Of a stretch of DNA of 64,000 bases, positions 8,846-19,527 are shown piece by piece. Numbering within the stretch: position 1 is the first letter of the stretch; every line of letters begins with the position of its first letter. Source of the DNA: Prevotella sp. UBA6994 (GTDB lineage: Bacteria; Bacteroidota; Bacteroidia; Bacteroidales; Bacteroidaceae); the NCBI GenBank assembly GCA_002449845.1, contig DJXW01000019.1:21174-85173 (forward strand). The letters are read 5' to 3'. The notes beneath the pieces were generated by a model, which was not told where the DNA came from, did not search any database, and saw only the letters and a program-made list of their open reading frames with translations. Made by a program: the position numbers and the translations under genes.

Positions 8846-10264
8846 ATGAAGAAGAATTACCCAGTATTACTTTTGTCGTTGTTCGTGATGTTGGCAGTTT
8901 CCGTGAAGGCTTATTCTGCCGACAAGAAAGTGGCTTATCCAGGAGGAAAACACTGGCTTGTGCGTGTGTCGCTTGCCGACAAGAAAGGAACACCATACCG
9001 TTTGAGCAAGCCAGAACGGTTCTTGAGTGCGAGAGCCATTGAAAGACGCAAACGACAAGGAATCTCTGTAGATTCCACCGACCTGCCCATTACGCCGGCA
9101 TATATAGAACAAATCCGCAAGCAAGGTTTTGAAGTGGTTTGCCAAAGCAAGTGGAACAACACTGTATTGGTTAAAAATGTTTATGAAGATGGCTTAGAAA
9201 AACTGAAACAATTGCCATTCGTGAAAGACGCAAAGAATGTCTTTCATGCTCCCGACTCCTTTAACGTGCCAAAACGAAGTGAGTTAGAAAACATTCCATA
9301 CAAGCAAGACAGCGTGGAAAATAAGGAACACGGACTTGCCCACCGTCAGATAGACATGATGAATGGCATACGTTTGCACGAGGCAGGATTCCGTGGAAAG
9401 GGTATGTTGATAGCCATTCTCGATGGCGGCTTCATGAATGTGGACAGTATCCCTGCATTCACGACGGTGAACATCATCGGTACGAAAGACTTCTCTACTC
9501 CCAAGTCTTCAAATATCTATTCAGAATTAGACCACGGCACGATGGTACTTTCTACCATGGCAACCAATCTCCCACATATATATATAGGTACGGCTCCGGA
9601 GGCTTCCTATTTGTTGATACGGACAGAAGCTGGAGCAACGGAGAGCTTGGCAGAGGAAGATTTCTGGGCAGCTGGAGCTGAATATGCCGACTCTATGGGC
9701 GTGGACATCATCAATTCGTCATTGGGCTACACCACGTATGACGACAAGTCAACCAGTCATGTCTATGCTGACTTAGACGGAAACACGTCGTTTGTTTCTC
9801 GTACAGCTTCACGATTGGCAGCCAAGGGAATCGTCTTGACGAACAGTGCAGGCAATTCGGGTAGTGGCACTTGGAAGAAAATAGGTGTTCCAGCCGATGC
9901 GAGAGATATATTGGCGGTAGGAGCCATCACCAAGAACAAGGTCAATACAGTGTTTAGTTCTGTGGGACCATCGGCAGACGGTAGGGTGAAACCCGATATC
10001 ATGGCTATAGGCAATGCCTGTTGGCTCATCAAAGGTAACGGAAAGATAGGCACAGCCAACGGAACCTCATTCGCCTCGCCATTGGCTTGTGGGATGGTGG
10101 CTTGCTTATGGCAAGCCTTACCCAATAAGACCGCCTTCGAAATCATGGACTTGGTGCGTCGTTCGGCTCATCAATACCATCAGCCTGACAATATTTTCGG
10201 TTATGGAATACCCGACTTCTGGAAAGCATATCAAAACGGAGGACAAGGGATAGCTAATGAATGA
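8846..10264 (+). CDS. S8 family serine peptidase (subtilase) with signal peptide
   Basis: Catalytic triad contexts IAILDGGF (Asp), LDHGTMV (His) and NGTSFASPLACG (Ser). N-terminal signal MKKNYPVLLLSLFVMLAVSVKAYS. Confidence 0.9.
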   Translation: MKKNYPVLLLSLFVMLAVSVKAYSADKKVAYPGGKHWLVRVSLADKKGTPYRLSKPERFLSARAIERRKRQGISVDSTDLPITPAYIEQIRKQGFEVVCQSKWNNTVLVKNVYEDGLEKLKQLPFVKDAKNVFHAPDSFNVPKRSELENIPYKQDSVENKEHGLAHRQIDMMNGIRLHEAGFRGKGMLIAILDGGFMNVDSIPAFTTVNIIGTKDFSTPKSSNIYSELDHGTMVLSTMATNLPHIYIGTAPEASYLLIRTEAGATESLAEEDFWAAGAEYADSMGVDIINSSLGYTTYDDKSTSHVYADLDGNTSFVSRTASRLAAKGIVLTNSAGNSGSGTWKKIGVPADARDILAVGAITKNKVNTVFSSVGPSADGRVKPDIMAIGNACWLIKGNGKIGTANGTSFASPLACGMVACLWQALPNKTAFEIMDLVRRSAHQYHQPDNIFGYGIPDFWKAYQNGGQGIANE

Positions 10265-11591
10265 CTTGTTTTGGCATAGTGAGGAGAAGACTCATCGCTC
10301 AACCCTGACCTTGTATGAGTTGAATCAGTTGGTGAGAGAGACATTGCAGATAGAAATGCCTGATGAGTATTGGGTGGAGGCGGAACTGTCTGAGGTGCGT
10401 GAAGTGCGTGGACATTGTTATATGGAACTCATTCAGAAAGACCTTTTCAACCATACGCCCATTGCGCGCGCCTCTGCAAAATGCTGGAAAAACACGTGGA
10501 TGAAGATAGGTCCTAAGTTTGAGCACGTCACTCGTCAGCCTTTGCACGTTGGTCTTCAAGTTTTGCTCAAGGTACGTGCCGACTTTCACGAAGCATACGG
10601 TTTCTCTTGGATTATCTCAGATATTGACCCAACTTTCACGTTGGGAGACATGGCGAAGAAACGACAGGAAATCATTCGGCAACTCAAGGAAGAGGGTGTC
10701 TATGATTTGCAAAAAGAGTTGCAATTGCCCCTTTTCACTCAGCGCATAGCCGTCATTTCCAGTGAGAATGCGGCAGGATACGGCGACTTCTGCAACCAAT
10801 TGGCCAACAATGACGATAACTTGAAGTTTTATATACGTCTGTTTCCTGCCATCATGCAAGGAGAACAAGTAGAACAAAGCATTATCTCTGCGCTTAATCA
10901 AATCAATGAACGGTTAGACGATTTCGATGTGGTGGTAATCATCAGAGGTGGAGGTGCAACGGCTGATTTGTCAGGATTCGATACGTTAAGCTTGGCCGAA
11001 AACGTTGCCAATTTCCCATTGCCCATCATCACAGGTATCGGACACGAGCGTGATGAGAGCGTGTTGGATATGATTTCCCATACTCGCGTAAAGACTCCCA
11101 CCGCCGCCGCCAGTTTCTTGATAGAGCATTTATCGCACGTATATGAGAGGGTGGAGAACTGCAGGTCAGAGATTTCGCATCTGGTAAGCAGGAGGATGGA
11201 AGTGGAGAAGATGCGATTGGAGAAATTGGCTGAGAAGATTCCCGTGCTCTTCTCTTTGGTGAAATCCAGGCAAGAAATGTTTCTGGAGAAATGCAATAGT
11301 AGAATCATTTATGCGGTAAGAGAGATATTGACCACGCAAACATATCGTTTAGAGCAATTAAACATGAAGTTTGCGCCTCTCAAAGACCATGTTTTCACTC
11401 GCGAAAGACACCGTTTGGAATTGTTGTCTCATCGCATAGAGGCATTAGACCCTGCCCTGTTGCTCAAACGAGGATATAGTATCACGTTGCACAATGGCAA
11501 GTCGGTGCGCAATCCCGACGAACTATGCAATGGAGATGAGATAGAGACGAGAGTGGAGAAGGGAAAAGTGAAATCGGTAGTGATTAAATAA
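10257..11591 (+). CDS. xseA: Exodeoxyribonuclease VII large subunit
   Basis: 444 aa. OB-fold N-terminus (YWVEAELSEVREVRGHCYMELIQK), catalytic core IAVISSENAAGYGDF...IIRGGGATADL...TGIGHERD. It is followed by xseB. Confidence 0.95.
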   Translation: MNDLFWHSEEKTHRSTLTLYELNQLVRETLQIEMPDEYWVEAELSEVREVRGHCYMELIQKDLFNHTPIARASAKCWKNTWMKIGPKFEHVTRQPLHVGLQVLLKVRADFHEAYGFSWIISDIDPTFTLGDMAKKRQEIIRQLKEEGVYDLQKELQLPLFTQRIAVISSENAAGYGDFCNQLANNDDNLKFYIRLFPAIMQGEQVEQSIISALNQINERLDDFDVVVIIRGGGATADLSGFDTLSLAENVANFPLPIITGIGHERDESVLDMISHTRVKTPTAAASFLIEHLSHVYERVENCRSEISHLVSRRMEVEKMRLEKLAEKIPVLFSLVKSRQEMFLEKCNSRIIYAVREILTTQTYRLEQLNMKFAPLKDHVFTRERHRLELLSHRIEALDPALLLKRGYSITLHNGKSVRNPDELCNGDEIETRVEKGKVKSVVIK

Positions 11592-11644
11592 GGTGGTGAA
11601 AAGACCATCTACAATCAAGGAATTACAATCAAACAGAAGACAAT

Positions 11645-11839
11645 ATGAAAGAAGAAATCAAATACGAGGAAGCCGTAAGCCAGTTGGAAGACATTGTTCG
11701 TAAGATGGAAGACAATGAGTTGGACATCGACCAATTGGGCGAGCAGTTGAAGAAAGCACAGAAGTTGATAAAATTGTGTAAAGACCGCTTGACAAAAACC
11801 GACGAGGAAATCAAAAAGATACTCGAAGACAACAAATGA
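11645..11839 (+). CDS. xseB: Exodeoxyribonuclease VII small subunit
   Basis: 64 aa. YEEAVSQLEDIVRKMEDNELDIDQL is typical of XseB, and the gene is adjacent to xseA. Confidence 0.9.
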   Translation: MKEEIKYEEAVSQLEDIVRKMEDNELDIDQLGEQLKKAQKLIKLCKDRLTKTDEEIKKILEDNK

Positions 11840-11939
11840 CTTGTTTTCGACAATTTTAAGCCTAAAATATTGCAGATGAGCATATTTATTTGTAATTTTG
11901 CTCCCAAATTGAAAGGTTAAAAGATTAATAGCATTAATT

Positions 11940-12962
11940 ATGAAAAACTTAGATTGGGCAAACTTGTCATTCGGGTATATGCCAACAGACTACAACGTGC
12001 GTTGTTATTATCGTGACGGTAAGTGGGGCGAAATAGAAATTTGCTCCGACGAGTATTTGAAATTACACATGGCAGCCACTTGCCTGCACTATGGCCAAGA
12101 GGCATTTGAGGGACTGAAGGCTTATCGTTGCCCAGACGGCAAGGTACGCGTGTTCCGCATGGAAGAGAATGCTGCCCGTTTGCAAAGCACCTGTAGAGGC
12201 ATCATGATGCCAGAGGTTTCCACCGAGTTGTTTTGTGAGATGGTGAAGAAGGTGGTTCGCTTGAACCAAGAGTATATTCCCACTTACGAGAGTGGAGCCA
12301 CATTGTACATACGCCCATTGCTCATCGGTACGAGTGCCCAGGTAGGCGTTCATCCATCCAAGGAATATCTGTTCTTGATATTCGTTACACCCGTGGGACC
12401 ATACTTCAAGGGTGGCTTCGCTACCAATCCATACGTAATCATCCGTGATTATGACCGCTCTGCACCTCTCGGCACAGGTAAGTACAAGGTGGGCGGCAAC
12501 TATGCAGCATCTCTGTTTGCCAACAACCTCGCCCATGAGAAAGGATATGCTTGCGAATTCTACCTTGACGCAAAGGAAAAGAAATACATGGATGAGTGTG
12601 GCGCTGCCAATTTCTTCGGAATCAAGGACAATACATACGTTACTCCTGCCTCTACATCCATCTTGCCAAGTATCACCAATAAGAGCTTGATGCAATTGGC
12701 TGAAGACTACGGAATGAAAGTGGAACGCAGACAGATACCAGAAGAAGAGTTGGCTACCTTTGAGGAAGCTGGCGCTTGTGGAACTGCTGCCGTGATTTCT
12801 CCAATCTCTTATATTGACGACCTTGACACAGGTGTACGTTACACGTTCAGTGAAGACGGAAAGCCTGGTCCTATGTCAACCAAGCTCTATAATCATCTTC
12901 GTGCCATTCAGTATGGTGTGGAAGAAGACAAGCACGGTTGGACTACGGTAGTCATTGAATAG
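11940..12962 (+). CDS. ilvE: Branched-chain amino acid aminotransferase
   Basis: 340 aa. Class IV aminotransferase motifs: HYGQEAFEGLKAYR, YIRPLLIG, KVGGNYAASL, AGACGTAAV. A TAATTTTG box lies at 11893-11900. Confidence 0.9.
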   Translation: MKNLDWANLSFGYMPTDYNVRCYYRDGKWGEIEICSDEYLKLHMAATCLHYGQEAFEGLKAYRCPDGKVRVFRMEENAARLQSTCRGIMMPEVSTELFCEMVKKVVRLNQEYIPTYESGATLYIRPLLIGTSAQVGVHPSKEYLFLIFVTPVGPYFKGGFATNPYVIIRDYDRSAPLGTGKYKVGGNYAASLFANNLAHEKGYACEFYLDAKEKKYMDECGAANFFGIKDNTYVTPASTSILPSITNKSLMQLAEDYGMKVERRQIPEEELATFEEAGACGTAAVISPISYIDDLDTGVRYTFSEDGKPGPMSTKLYNHLRAIQYGVEEDKHGWTTVVIE

Positions 12963-12970
12963 AAAAAGTG

Positions 12971-13480
12971 ATGGTGGAAGTAAAGATAGAAGACCGTGTG
13001 CTGCGCCAAGCTGCTGAGCAAGGCATGGATGAGTTTGTAGGCGTATTTGTCTCTGCTATCAATGAGGCAATTGGCGGTGAACTCACTGCCGAGAATATGT
13101 CTCAACTGAACAGTGACCAGATTACCTTGTTGGGTTATCACATCTTACACGATGAGGTAATGGATGGAGGTTTCGTACAACTCATTCATAACGGCTACGG
13201 TCCTTTCTTCTTCCGCAATCCTTTTGCGAAGGCCATGCGTGCGTGGGGACTTCGCGACTTAGCAAAATTGATCAACAAGGCTAACGGTCTCTACAAGAAA
13301 TATCATGAGGAGATAGAGGCAGATTGCACCGACGAGGCATTTATGGCATTGTTTGAACGGTTTGGGGCTTTCGACGATTGCGATGATGACTTCGTGGAGA
13401 ATGAGGAAGAATGGACACAGATGATAGCCGACTATATTGACGAACACATTGACCGTTTTGCCACCGTGGTGGGAGAGTAA
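12971..13480 (+). CDS. DUF4375 / DMP19-like domain protein
   Basis: The motif LNSDQITLLGYHILHDEVMDGGFVQLIHNGYGPFF resembles the DMP19 C-terminal (DUF4375) signature as I recall it. Start set at the ATG at 12971 (the track uses the GTG at 12968). Confidence 0.6.
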   Translation: MVEVKIEDRVLRQAAEQGMDEFVGVFVSAINEAIGGELTAENMSQLNSDQITLLGYHILHDEVMDGGFVQLIHNGYGPFFFRNPFAKAMRAWGLRDLAKLINKANGLYKKYHEEIEADCTDEAFMALFERFGAFDDCDDDFVENEEEWTQMIADYIDEHIDRFATVVGE

Positions 13481-13548
13481 GGTTGTTGTCGTATTGGCGT
13501 TGTCAGTGAGCGTTGTTGGTCAAAAAATTATCAATCAATCACAAATCA

Positions 13549-14028
13549 GTGAATAAAGACGAGTTAGAACTCAGGAAAAAGAGTCCGATACAAATAAAAA
13601 ACAAGAAAGCCTCGTTAGAGTATTTCTTTGTTGAGACGTTCACCGCAGGTATTGTGCTTACGGGAACCGAAATCAAGTCTATCCGTGCGGGAAAGGCTTC
13701 GCTCGTGGATACGTATTGTTATATTGTCAACGGTGAGATATGGGTGAAGGGTATGAATATTTCGCCCTATTTCTATGGGTCATACGCTAACCACGAGGCC
13801 AAGCGAGATAGAAAATTGTTGCTCACCAAGCGTGAGATTCATAAGTTGCAGGAAGCCGACAAACAACCTGGATTTACCATTGTACCCATCTTGATTTTCA
13901 TAGACGATCATGGTCGTGCAAAGGTAGATATTGCATTGTGTAGGGGAAAGAAAGAATACGATAAGCGCCAGACCTTGAAGGAAAAGGAAGACAGACGCGA
14001 GATGGATAGAGCCATCAAACATTATTAG
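13549..14028 (+). CDS. smpB: SsrA-binding protein SmpB
   Basis: [43 protein letters not shown] is canonical SmpB. The start is uncertain: there is no ATG, GTG at 13549 fits homolog length, and the track uses TTG at 13513. Confidence 0.85.
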   Translation: MNKDELELRKKSPIQIKNKKASLEYFFVETFTAGIVLTGTEIKSIRAGKASLVDTYCYIVNGEIWVKGMNISPYFYGSYANHEAKRDRKLLLTKREIHKLQEADKQPGFTIVPILIFIDDHGRAKVDIALCRGKKEYDKRQTLKEKEDRREMDRAIKHY

Positions 14029-14029
14029 A

Positions 14030-16834
14030 ATGAGCATTCGGCAATTAGCAAGCAAAAAGATATTAATTCTCGATGGAGCAATGGGAACGATGATTCAGGG
14101 GTATGAACTCACTGAGTCTGACTTCTGGACAGAGTCCATTCGTGATTCTATGCCTTTGTTAAAGCAATCATCCTTGCAAATGCAAGGAAACAATGACGTC
14201 TTGAATTTGTCAAGACCCGACGTGATCATGGATATTCATCGGAAGTATCTGCGTGCGGGAGCCGACCTGATAGAGACGAATACATTCTCTTCTCAACGCA
14301 TTTCACAAGCCGACTATCACTTGGAAAACTATGCTCGTACCATTGCTCTTGAGGGTGCGAGGATTGCCAGACGTGCCGTTGACGAGTTTTCAACACCAGA
14401 CAAACCTCGCTTCGTGTTGGGCTCGGTAGGACCAACCAACAAGACGTGCTCCATGAGCCCTGACGTAAGCAATCCTTCCATGCGTGATTTAACGTATGAT
14501 ACTCTCTTTGATGCTTATTTTGAGCAGATGGATGCGTTGATTGAAGGTGGTGTTGATGCATTCTTGATAGAAACTATCTTTGATACACTCAATGCGAAGG
14601 TTGCCATTGACGCTGCCCTTCATGCCATGAAGAGCAGAGGAGTGGATTTGCCCATCATGCTAAGTGTGACGGTCAGCGACTTGGCTGGTCGTACCTTGAG
14701 CGGACAGACACTCGACGCATTCTTGGCAAGCGTGAGTGCTTACCCGATATTCTCTGTGGGCTTGAATTGTTCTTTCGGAGCCCAACAGATGAAACCTTAT
14801 TTGAAAGAACTATCTCAAAAAGCTCCATATTATATTTCTGCCTATCCCAATGCTGGATTGCCTAATTCGTTGGGCTTGTATGATGAAACGGCAGAAAGTA
14901 TGTCTCCTAAGATTCGTGAGTTTATTGACGAAGGCTTGGTGAATATTCTTGGCGGATGTTGCGGAACGACGGATGAGTTTATCCGTAAATATGCTGAAAT
15001 GGCAGAAGGTAAAACTCCTCGTCAACCACGTCCTTTCCCCCATACGATGCAACTTTCCGGATTGGAACAGTTGAACGTGACGGATGAAGTTCATTTTGTC
15101 AATGTGGGTGAACGTTGTAATGTGGCAGGTTCAAGGAAGTTTTTGCGACTCATCAAGGAGAAAAACTATGATGAGGCTATGTCGATTGCGCGCAAGCAAG
15201 TGGAAGATGGCGCATTGGTCATCGACATCAACATGGACGATGGCTTGTTAGATGCCAAGGCAGAGATGGTGAACTTCCTCAACTTGATAGCCGCAGAGCC
15301 AGACATCGCCAAGGTTCCCGTGATGATAGACTCATCTAAATGGGACGTGATTACGGCTGGCTTGAAATGCGTTCAAGGCAAATGTATCGTCAATTCCATT
15401 TCTTTGAAAGAGGGAGAGGATGTGTTTATCCAACACGCAAAGGATGTAAAGAGATATGGAGCGGCTGTAGTGGTGATGTGTTTTGACGAGATAGGACAAG
15501 CCACTACTTATGAACGAAGGATTGAGATTGCCCAACGTGCCTATCAAATATTGACTGAGCAGGTGGGGATGAATCCTTTAGATATTATCTTTGACCCCAA
15601 TGTTCTTGCCATTGCTACGGGAATGGAAGAACATGATAGTTATGCACTCGACTTCATACGAGCCACGTCGTGGATTAGGAAAAATCTGCCAGGTGCGCAT
15701 GTGAGTGGAGGAGTAAGCAATTTGTCATTCTCGTTTCGTGGAAACAACTACGTGCGTGAGGCCATGCATTCGGTATTCTTGTATCATGCCATTCAGCAAG
15801 GGATGGATTTCGGAATTGTGAATCCTGCAACGAAGGTCACATATTCCGACATTCCTGAAGATGAGCTGAGGGTGATAGAAGACGTGGTGCTCAACAGAAA
15901 GCGAGGTGCTGCCGATGAACTCATTGAATTGGCTAATAGGTTGTTGGCTGAGGAGATGAGTAGGAAGAACGGAGAGAATCCTGCCAATAAACCCTCTTCC
16001 GTTCATCAGCAGTCGTCATCTCAACAAGCTTGGAGAAACGAGAATGTAGATAAGCGTCTCTCTTATGCCTTGCGTAAGGGTATAGGTGATTATTTGGAAC
16101 AAGACATCAATGAGGCTTTGCAGTTATATCCCAAAGCGGTGAACATTATTGAAGGTCCGTTGATGGCTGGAATGAATGAAGTAGGCGAGTTGTTTGGTGC
16201 AGGGAAGATGTTCCTTCCCCAAGTGGTCAAGACAGCTCGTACGATGAAACAAGCCGTGGCTATCTTGCAGCCATATATTGAAAAGGAAAAGCAAGATGGC
16301 AATGGTTCAAAACGTGGAAAAGTGATTCTCGCCACCGTGAAAGGAGACGTTCACGACATCGGGAAGAATATCGTGGGCGTGGTGATGGCTTGCAACAATT
16401 ACGAGGTCATTGACTTGGGCGTGATGATTCCCGCTGAGCAAATCGTGAGGAAAGCCATTGAGGAAAAGGCAGATATGATTGGATTGAGCGGCTTGATAAC
16501 ACCGTCGCTTGAGGAAATGGTGAACGTGGCGAGGGAGATGAAGGCAGCAGGACTCGACATCCCCATCATGATTGGCGGAGCAACGACCAGTCAGATGCAC
16601 GTGGCTTTGAAGATTGCTCCCGTATATGGCGGTCCTGTGGTATGGATGAAAGACGCTTCTCAAAACGTGTTGGCAGCTTCCAGGCTGCTCAATGCGGAGG
16701 AAAAGGGAAAGTATGCGAGTGAGTTGGATGTGAAATACCAAGAGTTACGCGAGACATTTGGCAAGGAACAGGAAAAGTTGATGTCATTGGAAGAGGCGCG
16801 AAAGAAAAAGTTGGATTTATTTAGTGAAAAATGA
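14030..16834 (+). CDS. metH: Cobalamin-dependent methionine synthase (Hcy, pterin, cap and B12 domains; no AdoMet reactivation domain)
   Basis: 934 aa. GGCCGTT (Hcy zinc site), pterin-binding region, and the B12 motif [13 protein letters not shown] (DxHxxG). The protein ends soon after the B12 domain. Confidence 0.95.
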   Translation: MSIRQLASKKILILDGAMGTMIQGYELTESDFWTESIRDSMPLLKQSSLQMQGNNDVLNLSRPDVIMDIHRKYLRAGADLIETNTFSSQRISQADYHLENYARTIALEGARIARRAVDEFSTPDKPRFVLGSVGPTNKTCSMSPDVSNPSMRDLTYDTLFDAYFEQMDALIEGGVDAFLIETIFDTLNAKVAIDAALHAMKSRGVDLPIMLSVTVSDLAGRTLSGQTLDAFLASVSAYPIFSVGLNCSFGAQQMKPYLKELSQKAPYYISAYPNAGLPNSLGLYDETAESMSPKIREFIDEGLVNILGGCCGTTDEFIRKYAEMAEGKTPRQPRPFPHTMQLSGLEQLNVTDEVHFVNVGERCNVAGSRKFLRLIKEKNYDEAMSIARKQVEDGALVIDINMDDGLLDAKAEMVNFLNLIAAEPDIAKVPVMIDSSKWDVITAGLKCVQGKCIVNSISLKEGEDVFIQHAKDVKRYGAAVVVMCFDEIGQATTYERRIEIAQRAYQILTEQVGMNPLDIIFDPNVLAIATGMEEHDSYALDFIRATSWIRKNLPGAHVSGGVSNLSFSFRGNNYVREAMHSVFLYHAIQQGMDFGIVNPATKVTYSDIPEDELRVIEDVVLNRKRGAADELIELANRLLAEEMSRKNGENPANKPSSVHQQSSSQQAWRNENVDKRLSYALRKGIGDYLEQDINEALQLYPKAVNIIEGPLMAGMNEVGELFGAGKMFLPQVVKTARTMKQAVAILQPYIEKEKQDGNGSKRGKVILATVKGDVHDIGKNIVGVVMACNNYEVIDLGVMIPAEQIVRKAIEEKADMIGLSGLITPSLEEMVNVAREMKAAGLDIPIMIGGATTSQMHVALKIAPVYGGPVVWMKDASQNVLAASRLLNAEEKGKYASELDVKYQELRETFGKEQEKLMSLEEARKKKLDLFSEK

Positions 16835-17451
16835 TTAGATGTATTTTATTTGATTTTGGTGGAGTCGTGGTTACGTTAGACCAGAATCAGGCAGTGAAAA
16901 GATTTAAGGAAATAGGACTTAAAGACGCAGAGAAAATGCTTGACCCTTATACGCAGATGGGCATTTTCGGCGAGTTGGAAGTGGGAGCTATATCAGCTGA
17001 GCAGTTTCGGGAGTCACTAAGCAAACAGGTGGGTCACGAATTGACGTTTCAGGAGTGCCGTTATGCTTGGACAGGTTATTGCAAGGAAGTTCCCCACAGA
17101 AATTTGGAGGCTTTACTGAAATTGAAAGAGGAAGGTTATCGTGTCATCTTGTTGTCTAACACCAATCCTTTCATGATGGATTGGGCGTTAAGTGATGACT
17201 TTGACGGTGAAGGACATTCTCTGGATTATTATTTTGACGAACTGTATTTAAGCTACCAGGTAAAGCTCATGAAGCCAAACGACTTATTCTATCGCCATGT
17301 GATGCGCAAGGAAAAGTTTTTCCCACAAGAGTGCCTGTTCGTTGACGATGGTCCACGCAATGTAGCGGCAGCAAGTCAAATCGGTATTCAGACCTTTTGC
17401 CCGAAAAACGGGGCTGACTGGACCAAAGAGATATATGATTATTTGAAATAA
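16831..17451 (+). CDS. HAD-superfamily hydrolase
   Basis: [10 protein letters not shown] (DxD/DxG motif I), LLSNTN (motif II), FVDDGPRNV (motif IV). ATGA overlap with metH. Confidence 0.85.
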   Translation: MIRCILFDFGGVVVTLDQNQAVKRFKEIGLKDAEKMLDPYTQMGIFGELEVGAISAEQFRESLSKQVGHELTFQECRYAWTGYCKEVPHRNLEALLKLKEEGYRVILLSNTNPFMMDWALSDDFDGEGHSLDYYFDELYLSYQVKLMKPNDLFYRHVMRKEKFFPQECLFVDDGPRNVAAASQIGIQTFCPKNGADWTKEIYDYLK

Positions 17452-17507
17452 AGACAGATGACGGGTGTTCCGTCGTTTGCCTTGAAGGAATATAAACACA
17501 CAAAACT

Positions 17508-18371
17508 ATGTTTAGGAAGAAAAGAAGATGGCATTGTCTGAAAGGACAGCCTATTACTGAACTGGACAAACAAGTGATGTATTGGGAAAACAAGGGTAAG
17601 TTGGTTCCCACTCGTGACTTGATAAAAACGCCTGAGCAAATTGAGGGAATCAAGAGAAGTGGCATTGTCAACACGGGCGTGCTTGACGAGGTTGCCAAAC
17701 AAATCCATGAGGGCATGAGTACATTGGAGATAGACCAGATTTGCTATGACTATTGTACCTCTCATGGTGCTACTCCCGCTTGCCTCAATTACGAGGGCTT
17801 CCCCAAGAGTGTATGTACAAGCATCAACGAAGTTGTTTGCCACGGCATTCCCAAGAAAGAAGACGTGTTGAAAGAGGGCGACATCATCAACGTTGATTTC
17901 ACCACCATCTTGGATGGCTATTATGCTGATGCTTCTCGTATGTTTATCATCGGTAAGACAACGCCCGAAAAGGAACAATTGGTACGTGTGGCAAAGGAAT
18001 GTTTGGAGATTGGAGCAGAGGCAGCCAAGCCCTTTGGCTTCGTGGGAGACATTGGCCATGCCATTCAGAAACATGCCGACAAGTATCATTATGGTATCGT
18101 ACGCGACCTCTGTGGTCATGGCGTGGGCTTGAAGTTTCACGAAGAGCCCGACGTGCTGCATTATGGCGGTCATCGTGGCACTGGAATGCTCTTGGTGCCT
18201 GGTATGGTGTTTACGATAGAACCTATGGTGAACATGGGTTCATGGAAAGTGTTTATTGATGAGGATGACGAATATGGTTGGGAAGTGATTTCCGAGGACG
18301 AACTTCCAAGTGCACAATGGGAGCATACGTTCTTGATGACTGAACATGGTGTGGAAATTCTCACGTATTGA
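17508..18371 (+). CDS. map: Type I methionine aminopeptidase
   Basis: VCHGIP, DIINVDFT..DGYYAD, GHGVG, TIEPM and the C-terminal QWEHT metal-ligand contexts. Confidence 0.93.
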   Translation: MFRKKRRWHCLKGQPITELDKQVMYWENKGKLVPTRDLIKTPEQIEGIKRSGIVNTGVLDEVAKQIHEGMSTLEIDQICYDYCTSHGATPACLNYEGFPKSVCTSINEVVCHGIPKKEDVLKEGDIINVDFTTILDGYYADASRMFIIGKTTPEKEQLVRVAKECLEIGAEAAKPFGFVGDIGHAIQKHADKYHYGIVRDLCGHGVGLKFHEEPDVLHYGGHRGTGMLLVPGMVFTIEPMVNMGSWKVFIDEDDEYGWEVISEDELPSAQWEHTFLMTEHGVEILTY

Positions 18372-18375
18372 TAAC

Positions 18376-19401
18376 ATGGAAGATATTTATATATTAGGTA
18401 TAGAGAGCAGTTGCGATGATACTTCTGCTGCCGTTTTACGCAATGGCGTGTTGTTAAGCAACGTTACCGCTTCTCAAGCCGTGCATGAGGCATACGGTGG
18501 TGTGGTTCCTGAATTGGCTTCAAGGGCACATCAGCAGAACGTTGTTCCCGTCGTTGACCAAGCTATCAAACGTGCTGGAATAGACAAACACCAATTGTCA
18601 GCCGTTGCCTTTACCCGTGGACCGGGTTTGATGGGCTCGTTGTTGGTTGGTGTTAGCTTTGCCAAGGGCTTTGCCCGTTCTTTGGGAATCCCACTGATAG
18701 ACGTAAATCACCTGCAAGGTCATGTAATGGCACATTTCATCAAGGAGTCTGATGATGACCAGAGTGCTCCACCGTTCCCTTTCCTTTGTTTGTTGGTAAG
18801 TGGGGGTAATTCTCAGATCGTCAAGGTAAATGCGTATAACGACATGCAGGTACTTGGACAGACTATAGATGATGCAGCTGGAGAAGCCATAGACAAATGT
18901 TCTAAAGTAATGGGATTGGGTTATCCTGGCGGACCTATCATAGATAAGTTGGCTCGTCAAGGCAATCCCAAGGCTTATCGCTTCGCCGAGCCACATATAC
19001 CTGGCTTGGATTATAGTTTCAGTGGTCTGAAGACCTCTTTCTTATACAGTCTTCGTGATTGGGTGAAGGATGATCCTGATTTCGTGGAGCATCATAAGGA
19101 AGACATAGCAGCCAGTTTAGAGTTTACCGTGGTAGATATTCTCATGAAGAAACTGAAACTGGCTGTCAAGGAAACGGGTATCAAGCATGTGGCTGTGGCA
19201 GGGGGCGTTTCTGCCAATACTGGCTTGCGCAACGCATTTCATGAGTATGCGAGGAAGTATCATAGGACGATTTACATTCCCAAGTTCAGTTATACCACCG
19301 ACAATGCTGCCATGATTGGCATTACGGGATATTATAAATACATGGACAACGACTTTTGTTCTATTGATAAGCCAGCATTCTCTAAAGTTACTTTTGAATA
19401 G
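18376..19401 (+). CDS. tsaD: tRNA N6-adenosine threonylcarbamoyltransferase
   Basis: ILGIESSCDDTSAAV, VVPELASRAHQ, HLQGH, GGVSAN. Start taken at the ATG at 18376 (MEDIYILGIESS) rather than the track start, which overlaps map. Confidence 0.93.
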   Translation: MEDIYILGIESSCDDTSAAVLRNGVLLSNVTASQAVHEAYGGVVPELASRAHQQNVVPVVDQAIKRAGIDKHQLSAVAFTRGPGLMGSLLVGVSFAKGFARSLGIPLIDVNHLQGHVMAHFIKESDDDQSAPPFPFLCLLVSGGNSQIVKVNAYNDMQVLGQTIDDAAGEAIDKCSKVMGLGYPGGPIIDKLARQGNPKAYRFAEPHIPGLDYSFSGLKTSFLYSLRDWVKDDPDFVEHHKEDIAASLEFTVVDILMKKLKLAVKETGIKHVAVAGGVSANTGLRNAFHEYARKYHRTIYIPKFSYTTDNAAMIGITGYYKYMDNDFCSIDKPAFSKVTFE

Positions 19402-19420
19402 AACGTTTGGTAACTATACA

Positions 19421-19460
19421 AAAAACCGATGGTTTCTATATGAGTGACCATCGGTTTCTT
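19421..19460. terminator. Bidirectional terminator hairpin between convergent tsaD and the PAP2 gene
   Basis: AAACCGATGGT (19423-19433) pairs with ACCATCGGTTT (19447-19457). It is A-rich upstream and T-rich downstream. A third ACCATCGGTT copy follows. Confidence 0.6.
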
Positions 19461-19527
19461 ATATGGTGACCATCGGTTCCTTGATATGGGAAAAACTGAG
19501 AACCTTATCAATAGGTCTTGCAAACCA

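Noticed and set aside
12063-12695. 210-aa minus-strand ORF.
   Set aside because: It is antisense to ilvE.
17439-18173. 244-aa minus-strand ORF.
   Set aside because: It is antisense to the methionine aminopeptidase gene, which has all metal-ligand motifs.
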